The notes beneath the pieces are model-generated. The model was not told the origin of the DNA. It searched no databases and was given only the letters and a program-made list of their open reading frames with translations. A DNA stretch of 64,000 nucleotides from an uncultured Desulfobacteraceae bacterium. GTDB taxonomy: Bacteria > Desulfobacterota > DSM-4660 > Desulfatiglandales > Desulfatiglandaceae. Location of the stretch: the NCBI GenBank assembly GCA_964473615.1, contig CAYYPQ010000014.1, positions 2,229 to 66,228 on the forward strand. Direction: 5' to 3'. Made by a program: the position numbers and the translations under genes. Shown here piece after piece: positions 1 through 7,471 of this stretch; the stretch's first letter is position 1; each line of letters opens with the position of its first letter.

Positions 1-256
1 CAGGCACATACGGGAAACAGGTCGGATTATGAGCGATAGCATATTCATGTAATTCCAGGGCTGGAAAGGTCAATACAGCCACTGCGGCGCACATCATGGT
101 ATTGTTGTTTTTCAGGCCTACATCTACCCCCGCCACATAGTGTACCTGTCCGATTCTGTCTTCAACTATGACTTTCTTCGCTAAACCCTTTTGGATTTCA
201 CACCCCTCTCTTGGCGTGACATTCCAGGGATGTTGTATGGACGAAATACTATTCAT
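1..256 (-). CDS. nfi: Endonuclease V (Nfi), first 85 codons; the gene continues past the left window edge
   Basis: Own translation of the minus strand from the ATG at 254-256 gives MNSISSIQHPWNVTPREGCEIQKGLAKKVIVEDRIGQVHYVAGVDVGLKNNNTMMCAAVAVLTFPALELHEYAIAHNPTCFPYVP. The AGVDVG ... P.LEL.E ... FPY(I/V)P pattern is the endonuclease V core. It is missing from the ORF track because no stop codon lies in the window. Confidence 0.7.
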   Translation of the reverse strand, partial: MNSISSIQHPWNVTPREGCEIQKGLAKKVIVEDRIGQVHYVAGVDVGLKNNNTMMCAAVAVLTFPALELHEYAIAHNPTCFPYVP

Positions 257-386
257 TGTTAGTTGGGAAACTCCCGCCATGCGGGACTCAGAGAAATTAA
301 GCTATGCCGTACCAGGAATCAAGGTCATGAAGTGAGTTCCGCCCCGGGCGGGATTAATGTAGAGCTCCGCTCTTGTATTCAATAAT
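257..386 (+). repeat. Intergenic structured repeat, copy 1 (5' half only)
   Basis: tgttagttgggaaactcccgccatgcgggactcagagaaattaagctatgccgtaccaggaatcaaggtcatgaagtgagttccgccccgggcgggattaatgtagagctccgctcttgt aligns by eye with 1642-1770 and 39721-39850. It contains three short GC hairpins (cccgc..gcggg, cccgcc..ggcggg, agagc..gctct). Confidence 0.75.
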
Positions 387-453
387 TGCAAATCAGCGAA
401 GGACTAACTCATCTAATAGGCTTGTGGTAGATTACTCCTGAAATCAATGGTGA

Positions 454-1041
454 CTAATCAGAAAGATGGGTGTCAACATAGCGGGCCAGGATTTCAGCAG
501 TTTGCCCAGGGGGGCGGATCAATAGATAATGATCAATAACAGAATGGGCAAGTTCATGGGCCAACATACCCGCCTGCAAATCATCTACACTTACGCAGAT
601 GGTATTTTTTTCATAAGTGTACCAGGCACGAAAATGACATGTGTCGTTATAGATTCTTCTATAGGCGTGGTGCAATTGAAGGCGGTTATGGTAGAGCATC
701 ATAGTCACCTTTTCCATCCTTCTGTGCATGTCGAGAATGTCCTGTACCCTTTCGTATATAGCATCAACCTTTTTTGTGACGACCTCCATTAAGTCATCAA
801 ATTCTTTAGGAGATAATAAGTGGTCAGGCACCCACTTTGCAGGGCCATAGTCTACCTTTGCGTTGAATCTTTCCAGGTCTTCCAAGGATTGATACCGAAT
901 TATGACATGTTTGGTTTCGATGCCCTGCCAGGCGATATCTTCTAATGGTTGTCCATAGAGTCCCCTGCTCAATAGGAACAAGAAAAGGAATACCTGTATG
1001 AAAAGGGGAATGTTTTTTCTGAAAGAATATTTAGCCGGCAT
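454..1041 (-). CDS. Exported hypothetical protein with a C-terminal HExxH motif (possible zinc-metallopeptidase-like protein)
   Basis: 195-aa ORF. It has an N-terminal hydrophobic signal-like segment (IPLFIQVFLFLFLLSRGLYG) and an HELAH motif near the C terminus (MLAHELAHSVIDH). I recognise no specific family. Confidence 0.5.
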   Translation of the reverse strand: MPAKYSFRKNIPLFIQVFLFLFLLSRGLYGQPLEDIAWQGIETKHVIIRYQSLEDLERFNAKVDYGPAKWVPDHLLSPKEFDDLMEVVTKKVDAIYERVQDILDMHRRMEKVTMMLYHNRLQLHHAYRRIYNDTCHFRAWYTYEKNTICVSVDDLQAGMLAHELAHSVIDHYLLIRPPGQTAEILARYVDTHLSD

Positions 1042-1059
1042 ATGGGCACTTAAACAGGG

Positions 1060-1623
1060 TCAGATTTCGAAGTTGCTTTCAATTTTGTTATGGAGATGAT
1101 TCAAACCGTCTATCACATCTTTCGGGGTGTTTTGCTCTGAGGCAGTCTTGCGTATGTTGTCCACCTCAGTTTGAATACCCAAGAGCTTATAACGTAAACT
1201 GGAGATCATCATGTTGAGATTATCTGCAATGCCAGTTATTTGATCCTTCCTCCTGAGCCTTACACTATTGGTCAAGTCACCTTCACCGATTTGTTTCAAC
1301 TCCTTTTCAAAACGGAATAGCGGGCCTGCTATTTTGTGCGAAATAAAGAGAGTTACTATTATGGTGGCAATAATTATCAGGCCAAGGGTGATCAGGTTTG
1401 TGTATACAATAACGGGGAGGATAGCGTAACTCGTATCCTTGACAACGAGCCGCGAGTGCTGAAAAGATGCAGTTAAGGTGCTACGGGAAAGAAGGAAAAG
1501 CAGGCCGGTTGATATTATGGCACCAAATAAAAGGACTATGCAAAATTTCAAAATGAACTTGAATTGAAACTCTCTTTTCACAAAAAAATGCCTTCTCTTA
1601 TGTAATCGGTCATCTTGAGCCAT
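1060..1623 (-). CDS. Small membrane protein with a HAMP domain (two TM helices, HAMP, short coiled coil, no output domain)
   Basis: TM1 is FILKFCIVLLFGAIISTGLLFLL and TM2 is AILPVIVYTNLITLGLIIIATIIVTLFI, followed by HAMP-like HKIAGPLFRFEKELKQIGEGDLTNSV. The track ORF starts at 1641. The ATG at 1623 (MAQDD) has an upstream agaggga Shine-Dalgarno sequence and is preferred. Confidence 0.6.
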   Translation of the reverse strand: MAQDDRLHKRRHFFVKREFQFKFILKFCIVLLFGAIISTGLLFLLSRSTLTASFQHSRLVVKDTSYAILPVIVYTNLITLGLIIIATIIVTLFISHKIAGPLFRFEKELKQIGEGDLTNSVRLRRKDQITGIADNLNMMISSLRYKLLGIQTEVDNIRKTASEQNTPKDVIDGLNHLHNKIESNFEI

Positions 1624-1641
1624 TTTTATTCCCTCTTTCAT

Positions 1642-1905
1642 TGTTTGTTGGGAAACCCCCGCTATGCGGGAGGCAGAGAAATTAGTCTATGCCGTACCAA
1701 AAATCAAGGGCATGAAGCGAATCCCGCCCGGCGGGACTAAAATTAATGCAGAGCTTCGCTCTTCTGTTCAGTAAAATAAAATAGAATTCCTTAACTTTAG
1801 GCACTTTGGGCATTTTAGATCACTTTAGTCACTCTGCAAATACGCGAGTAAACAAGCCCCCTCTGGGGGCAAGCCAAAGCTGGGCCATCTGGACCCGGAT
1901 TCTTT
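1642..1905 (+). repeat. Intergenic structured repeat, copy 2 (full length, about 260 bp)
   Basis: Aligns along its whole length with 39721-39980. The shared blocks are gggaaac..ccgctatgcgggaggc.gagaaatta, cccgcc..ggcggga, agagcttcgctcttc, ttccttaactttag.cacttt.ggcattttagatcactttagtcactct, atacgcgag.aaacaagcccc...ctgggggcaagccaaagc, and ctggacccggatt.ttt. It abuts the stop codon of the 1904-2470 gene. Confidence 0.85.
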
Positions 1906-2470
1906 ACTCCTTGTTAAGAAGCTCTTTGTTAATCTTTATATCTGCATCTCTTCTCAGGGCATCAACCCATTCTTTGAGCACTCTACTCTTTTTTTTGTCA
2001 AGGAGTTGTTTGCGAATCCTTTCATGCAGCTCCTCAATGGGAGGAAAGGCCTCCTTTGACCCTTTCATCATGTTATAACGTTTTTGGATCTCATTTTCGG
2101 AGATGTATGTCTTTTTGCTAATATCTTTGGCCTTCAATTCCATCAAGTTCTTTATCAATGTGGATTCCCAATACCTTTCTATGGCCCTGACAAATCTTTC
2201 TTCCCTGTCCAGTTTTAGCCTTTTTGCCTCCTGTATAAGTAGCTCCTTTCTTATAAGCCGTTCCAGAAAATCCTTTTTGGCATCGTCGGTCAATTTAAAA
2301 TCTTCATCCATTTCAAGTTCTGCAGCCATCTCACGCTGAAAAGTATCAAGGGACAGGTTATAATCATTTATCCTGGCCAGAGTTTTGCCATCTTCCGCCT
2401 TTTCCTGAGTGCACGACAAAAGACATGTGCACAAGGACAACAAGATAAAATAAAAGATATTATGTTTCAT
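1904..2470 (-). CDS. Lipoprotein with a SurA N-terminal-like chaperone domain
   Basis: 188 aa. The lipobox LLSC follows a signal sequence (MKHNIFYFILLSLCTCLLSC). The rest is a helical, charged SurA_N/PpiD-like sequence (INDYNLSLDTFQ...FLERLIRKELLIQEAKRLKLD) with no PPIase domain. It is the last gene of the giant-protein operon, 17 nt after the preceding gene. Confidence 0.6.
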   Translation of the reverse strand: MKHNIFYFILLSLCTCLLSCTQEKAEDGKTLARINDYNLSLDTFQREMAAELEMDEDFKLTDDAKKDFLERLIRKELLIQEAKRLKLDREERFVRAIERYWESTLIKNLMELKAKDISKKTYISENEIQKRYNMMKGSKEAFPPIEELHERIRKQLLDKKKSRVLKEWVDALRRDADIKINKELLNKE

Positions 2471-2487
2471 AACAAAACCTCATGCAG

Positions 2488-3240
2488 TCATTTATTTTTT
2501 TTTGAGTAAAGAAAATGGACTTTACACTTGACGCCGGCAGGAATTTGATACCGCGGGTTTGCCAATTCCAGACGTACCCCGAAATTTCCACTTGCTGCGT
2601 CGATAATCTGGTCCACGATGGTCACTGTGGCGATATGCATGCCACCAACAGGTGATTCCGGACTAACCTGCGCTCGTATTCCCTTTTTTATAGTGCCAAA
2701 CCTTTCAAGGGGAACAATTACTTCCACGTAAAGCGGATTGATACTGACAATGGTCAGGATAGAATCTGTCTCTCCCACGTATTCGCCCGGCGCATGGGAT
2801 CGCTTCAACACTATGCCCTGAATTGGACTGTGAATGGTACGCAACTCAAGGGACTCAATTGCCTCTTGAAGTTGCAACTCATTGATCTGTATTTCCGTTT
2901 CCAGTTCATCTTTATCGTGAATAGAGACCAATTGCTTTTTGTAAAGGTCTTCGTTCCTTACCGCTTTGCGCTTACCAAACTCGACACGCGCACGGGCCAG
3001 GTCTACTGCCGCTTTCTCCACTCCCGCTCTCAGTCGAGCGACTACCTGGTCCTTTTTGACTATATCACCCCTCTCAACCATGATCTCTTCCAAGATGCCA
3101 GGGACTTGACTGCTGAGTTCAACTACCTCGCTCGGCTCCAGTATGCCGTCGAGATCATTATGCTCAGCTGCTTGGACGGCTATAAGTGAGTAAAATAGGG
3201 CCAGCAAAGACAAGATAAAAACCCGTAATACCGATACCAT
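2488..3240 (-). CDS. Short HlyD/RND-type periplasmic adaptor (membrane fusion protein)
   Basis: 250 aa with an N-terminal anchor or signal (VFILSLLALFYSLIAVQA). It has lipoyl/barrel-sandwich motifs (VPGILEEIMVERGDIVKKDQVVARL ... IHSPIQGIVLKR) around a short coiled coil. Confidence 0.8.
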   Translation of the reverse strand: MVSVLRVFILSLLALFYSLIAVQAAEHNDLDGILEPSEVVELSSQVPGILEEIMVERGDIVKKDQVVARLRAGVEKAAVDLARARVEFGKRKAVRNEDLYKKQLVSIHDKDELETEIQINELQLQEAIESLELRTIHSPIQGIVLKRSHAPGEYVGETDSILTIVSINPLYVEVIVPLERFGTIKKGIRAQVSPESPVGGMHIATVTIVDQIIDAASGNFGVRLELANPRYQIPAGVKCKVHFLYSKKNK

Positions 3241-3252
3241 AAAGATTTCCTC

Positions 3253-5364
3253 CTATTCGGAACGTCCTGAAAAAGAGAGCATATCTCCTTTATGTTTATC
3301 TATTTTCACCAGTTCGCGGCGCATTCGGGCATGGATACGTTCCATCTTTTTTTGGGCACGGCGAACAGCTAATTTTCCCACTGGGTTTCCCACAGCCAAG
3401 CCAAGTCGCATCAGCCCTAGTGCAAACCATCCAAGGAGACCGGCCCTCCCGCCTTCCAACAAGGGGTCCTCAAGAGAAAGAATTGCCTGGTGAGAGCCGG
3501 GATCTCCCAGCCGGCCGCAGCGGCCGGCCAATTGACGGTCTATACGGCCCGCCTCGTGGCGCTCTGTCAATATGACATGAAGGCCGCCCTTTTCCACAAC
3601 GCCGGGGCCCAGTTTGATATCCGTGCCCCTTCCCGCCATGTTGGTTGCGATCGTAACAGATCGCTCCTCCCCGGCCCGGCCTATGACCGATGCCTCTTCC
3701 TTATCCTGCTTGGCATTCAGGACCTGGTGAGGGATCTTTATTTCGTGGAGTAGACGGCTCATATGTTCCGAGGCGGCAACTGATCGCGTGCCCACCAGCA
3801 CAGGGCGGCCCTTTTCGTTCAGGCGCTGGATTTCCCTCACCACGGCGCGCCATTTGTCATCTGTCGCTCGAAAAATCTTGTCTGAATAACCGATGCGCCT
3901 CAGGGGACGGTGCGTGGGAATCCGGACCACAGGAAGGCCATAAACCGACCAGACTTCACGCCTGACCTCTCTTGCAGTTCCTGTCATGCCAGAGAGCCTC
4001 ATGTAGCGCCTGAAAAAACGCTGGTAGCTCATCTGGGCCAGGGTCTGCATTTCGCTGGTTACCTTACATCCTTCCTTGACCTCAATCAGCTGGTGTAAGC
4101 CTCGCTCCCACGAGCGATCAGGCATCACCCTCCCGGTGAATTCATCAACAATCTGCACCTTATCATCACTGAGCAGATAATGCACGTCCATATGGAAAAG
4201 TTTCTGAGCGGACAGGGCCTTTCTGGCGATTTCTTCCCGTCTGATTGTACCTTTCCACAAGGGCCCCAATGACTTGGAAAGATCGAATATCTTTTTCTTA
4301 CCCCCATCGGTCAATTCAACGTTGCGAGAAGCCATATCAATTCTGTAATCAATCCTATCCTGAAGGCCTTTTACTAACTCCATGGCCTCTTCTAGAAAAC
4401 GCTGCTCCTGCCCGGCATCCCCTGACTTTTTGGATATAAGGAGCGGCGTGCGTGCCTCGTCAATCAATACACTATCCGCTTCGTCAACGATGGCGAAATG
4501 GAGGCCGCGTAGGAGAAGATTCCGCACACGGGCGTTCGTGCCATAAAGATATTCGCTCTGTATCCGTAAGGGGTGCTCGCGATCCTTGAGCTGGATCCTA
4601 TCTCGGAGATAATCAAAGGCGATTTCCTTATTCGTACAATAGGTGATGTCACATCCATATGCGACGCGCCTGTCTTCTGGAAGGACATCATGGGTAACGT
4701 ACCCGACTGTAAGCCCTAATGCCTTGTAGATTGGCCCCATTGACTCGGCATCGCGAGCAGTTAGGTAGTCATTAACCGTTATCACATGGACAGGCATTCC
4801 CGAAAGCGCAGCAGTTCCAGCAGCCAGGGTGGCGGCCAGTGTCTTTCCTTCCCCGGTCTCCATCTCTGCTATCATCCCTTTTAGTAGGGCCCATCCTCCC
4901 ATAACCTGGGTATCAAAATGACGCTGTCCAACGGTCCTTTCCGCTAGTTCGCGAATGAGAGCGAAGGTCTGTGCGACCAATTGCGTTCGAAGCCCTTCCC
5001 TGAGAAGTTGAATGCGCAGGCCTTCAGCCAGACCCTTAATCGCCTCATTGTTCATGTCGCCCAGGGCAGCACCGAAATGGGCTACGCGAGGAACAATGCT
5101 TCTTACCCTTGCGAGGCCGGAGAGCAATGGACGTACCATCCCCCCTGCTAAAGCCCGCACGGTATCGTCTAGTGCGCTGGAGCGAGGGGGCTTTCGCTCA
5201 GGGTGTAGCTCATGGGTAGCTGGAGGATAAATAGATAATGCGGGACGCATGGGTTTTATTCGTTTTATGGGTTTATTCAGAATTTGATATTGCTCAGCCA
5301 CTCTTCGAAGGTAAGTTACACGTTGAATCTTCTGAGCAAGACTCTCCGAATGGCCCGATACCAC
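3253..5364 (-). CDS. SecA-like ATPase paralogue (DEAD motor plus preprotein-binding domain, C-terminal wing/scaffold/tail missing)
   Basis: Near-canonical SecA motifs are present: MIAEMETGEGKTLAATLAA..VHVITVNDYLTARDAE (Walker A region), IVDEADSVLIDEARTPLLIS (DEAD box), LSGMTGTA, TIATNMAGRGTDIKLG and GGLHVILTERHEAGRIDRQLAGRCGRLGDPG. The protein ends about 85 aa after GDPG, giving 703 aa against roughly 900 for housekeeping SecA. It also has an N-terminal extension of about 60 aa. The GTG start at 5364 overlaps the upstream gene by 49 nt; an ATG at 5250 is an alternative start. Confidence 0.85.
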   Translation of the reverse strand: MVSGHSESLAQKIQRVTYLRRVAEQYQILNKPIKRIKPMRPALSIYPPATHELHPERKPPRSSALDDTVRALAGGMVRPLLSGLARVRSIVPRVAHFGAALGDMNNEAIKGLAEGLRIQLLREGLRTQLVAQTFALIRELAERTVGQRHFDTQVMGGWALLKGMIAEMETGEGKTLAATLAAGTAALSGMPVHVITVNDYLTARDAESMGPIYKALGLTVGYVTHDVLPEDRRVAYGCDITYCTNKEIAFDYLRDRIQLKDREHPLRIQSEYLYGTNARVRNLLLRGLHFAIVDEADSVLIDEARTPLLISKKSGDAGQEQRFLEEAMELVKGLQDRIDYRIDMASRNVELTDGGKKKIFDLSKSLGPLWKGTIRREEIARKALSAQKLFHMDVHYLLSDDKVQIVDEFTGRVMPDRSWERGLHQLIEVKEGCKVTSEMQTLAQMSYQRFFRRYMRLSGMTGTAREVRREVWSVYGLPVVRIPTHRPLRRIGYSDKIFRATDDKWRAVVREIQRLNEKGRPVLVGTRSVAASEHMSRLLHEIKIPHQVLNAKQDKEEASVIGRAGEERSVTIATNMAGRGTDIKLGPGVVEKGGLHVILTERHEAGRIDRQLAGRCGRLGDPGSHQAILSLEDPLLEGGRAGLLGWFALGLMRLGLAVGNPVGKLAVRRAQKKMERIHARMRRELVKIDKHKGDMLSFSGRSE

Positions 5365-7460
5365 CGGCTGGCTAGTGGCTCAGGATCATGTTGGAACCGG
5401 ACGAAAACCCTCTCCCCGATCCTGTGTAGTTTTACACCATCCAGGGCTATCTCGAAATGAAAAACCTTTTCAAAGGCCTTGGGCTCCCTTGATTCGAGAG
5501 GGTCTAGTGCAATAGTCCCTCCACCCTTAGTGCTAAGGGCCAGGCTCGGCAGGTCCTTTGATGCCTCTGGCACCTCCCTCACCACTGAGGCCCTGATGGG
5601 GTCGGCAATGTCTTCAGCAAGTCTCGCCTCGACCTTTCGCGTATTATTACGCACCCTATCCACATCCGATTGGGGGACCACAACGCGAACCTTTACCTGC
5701 GAGAAGTCCACCACATAACCCAGGGGGGTCCCACGCCGCAAAAAACGGTGGGGAAGGTTTTGTGCATCGGGCAGGATGAAAATGCCATCAAGAGGGCTCC
5801 TGATAAGTAATTCCTTCTGGCGTTCACGTGCCTGTTCTAACTCTCCTTTGATTCTCTCAATTTCGTCATTGAGTATATCGGCCTCGGTCAGGTCTGTATT
5901 CTGCTTTTCCCTGTGTCTGGCCTCATATTCTCTCAACTGCGATTCCAATACTGTCACTCTCAGGGACAGCTCACGATTTTCGGAAAGCACCAATGGCTCT
6001 CCCTCATGAACCATGCGACCGGATTGGGCCATGATTTGGGTCACAAAACCGTCAGCACCGGCATGAAGCCTGGCATCCTCAGGGGCCCACACCACACCCT
6101 CGGCAGTAGTAAAGGAGGGGACCGGCGCTCTAAAGACCACCGCTGCCAGCGCGCCCATTACCACCATAGCAGTAAAGATGACGCGGCCCCGTTTTTTTTT
6201 CATGTCCGGGTCCGAAAACAGGGTTCGAATCGCCCTGCCAAGGGGAAATACAAGCATGCTAAAAGCGGCCCAGGCCGCAAGCAACAGACCCAGGACGAAG
6301 AATTTCCCGGCAACAAAAAATGCGATTCTCACACTGATATATATGCGGTAGGCGAAGGAGGCAATGGCGAAAAAGCCAAGCCATCCTCTCTCCCCTGGCT
6401 CTGAGGCAGGAGACTCGGCATCTGACACCCCGAAAAGATAGCGCCTCAGGAGATAGCCGATATAGCGATTGCTGCGCGAGGCAAGATTGGGGATTTCCAG
6501 GTAATCTGATAAGATATAATGGCCATCATAGCGCAGGAGGGGATTTCCGTTAAACAACAGAGTGGAGATGCCTGCGATCAACATGACGTTGAAGCAGACT
6601 GTCCGTATGGCGCCTGGTTCAACGTTCACCCAGACGAGCATCGCCAGAGCGGCCAGGAAAAGTTCTACCATTATCCCGGCGGCATCCACCGTCATGCGTT
6701 TACGCTTGTCAAAAAAAGCGGATGAGGCTGACGCATCCACGTAAGGGATGGGCATCAAGACCAGCAACATGATGCCCATTTCATGCACCTCGCCTCCCCA
6801 GCGCTTTACAGAATAGGCATGACCAAATTCGTGGAAGGCCTTAACAAAAGGATAGACCAATCCCAGCACCATCAGGTTTTCAACCGCCAGAACACGATCT
6901 GCTAAATTGGATGAGAGGTCCTGCCAGTGTAAAACGGCGAGTACACAGGCCGCGATCAGCAAACTGACCCATAATAAAATTCCCATCCATCCCAGAAGGG
7001 GGCGGACCAGAAACAGGGACCTTTCCAGGAAACGATCCGGGTCCAAGAGCGGGAATCGGGCAGCCATGGGAGACAACAGGTTCCTCATCCATCGGCCTTT
7101 CCGCACCCTTGCCTCGCGCACCCTGAGTTCCTCGATATCCGGGGGGATATCCGCCTGCAGAACGCCGGTCTGATGGAGCTGGGAAAGAAGTCCGATCACC
7201 TCATCCTGGGTGGGCATATCGTCACCCAGCCTATCGCAGGCGGTCTCCCATATTTCACCCATCGACCGCCGGCCGTTCATGAGACCTATGATGAGATATG
7301 CCTCTGGGGAAAACCTGTGGAACTGTCCCGTCGAATGATCCTGTAAAACAAACCATTCCTTTTGGCGAAATACCTGGCGGTGGATTTGCGCGTGGCCCCG
7401 CAGCCGCGGCCTCATTCCTTCCACCCTGTACCAGACACGGCTGAATAAAGATTTCTCCAT
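5316..7460 (-). CDS. Fusion protein: PqqD/RRE-like N-terminal domain, M50 (site-2-protease family) polytopic metalloprotease, and HlyD-like periplasmic domain
   Basis: 714 aa. HEFGH lies at residues 210-214 (nt 6819-6833) and the second M50 motif is FNGNPLLRYDGHY, with multiple TM helices. The C-terminal half has a coiled coil (LRVTVLESQLREYEARHREKQNTDLTEADILNDEIERIKGELEQARERQK) plus a barrel-sandwich motif (IRSPLDGIFILP). N-terminal residues about 30-100 (FVLQDHSTGQFHRFSPEAYLIIGLMNGRRSMGEIWETACDRLGDDMPTQDEVIGLLSQLHQTGVL) resemble PqqD-type peptide-binding domains. Confidence 0.8.
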   Translation of the reverse strand: MEKSLFSRVWYRVEGMRPRLRGHAQIHRQVFRQKEWFVLQDHSTGQFHRFSPEAYLIIGLMNGRRSMGEIWETACDRLGDDMPTQDEVIGLLSQLHQTGVLQADIPPDIEELRVREARVRKGRWMRNLLSPMAARFPLLDPDRFLERSLFLVRPLLGWMGILLWVSLLIAACVLAVLHWQDLSSNLADRVLAVENLMVLGLVYPFVKAFHEFGHAYSVKRWGGEVHEMGIMLLVLMPIPYVDASASSAFFDKRKRMTVDAAGIMVELFLAALAMLVWVNVEPGAIRTVCFNVMLIAGISTLLFNGNPLLRYDGHYILSDYLEIPNLASRSNRYIGYLLRRYLFGVSDAESPASEPGERGWLGFFAIASFAYRIYISVRIAFFVAGKFFVLGLLLAAWAAFSMLVFPLGRAIRTLFSDPDMKKKRGRVIFTAMVVMGALAAVVFRAPVPSFTTAEGVVWAPEDARLHAGADGFVTQIMAQSGRMVHEGEPLVLSENRELSLRVTVLESQLREYEARHREKQNTDLTEADILNDEIERIKGELEQARERQKELLIRSPLDGIFILPDAQNLPHRFLRRGTPLGYVVDFSQVKVRVVVPQSDVDRVRNNTRKVEARLAEDIADPIRASVVREVPEASKDLPSLALSTKGGGTIALDPLESREPKAFEKVFHFEIALDGVKLHRIGERVFVRFQHDPEPLASRWYRAIRRVLLRRFNV

Positions 7461-7471
7461 CCAAAATTACC

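Noticed and set aside
3253-5364. Interpretation as the housekeeping preprotein translocase SecA.
   Set aside because: It lacks about 200 C-terminal residues (wing domain, most of the scaffold and the Zn-finger tail). It sits inside an MFP/TolC/giant-adhesin operon with overlapping reading frames. It is treated as a specialised paralogue. Confirming this requires finding a full-length secA elsewhere in the genome.
6219-6237. A tRNA T-arm-like sequence, caggg-ttcgaatcg-ccctg (GGTTCGAAT core).
   Set aside because: It lies inside the M50-HlyD coding sequence. The loop is 9 nt rather than 7, and no acceptor, D or anticodon arms can be drawn around it.
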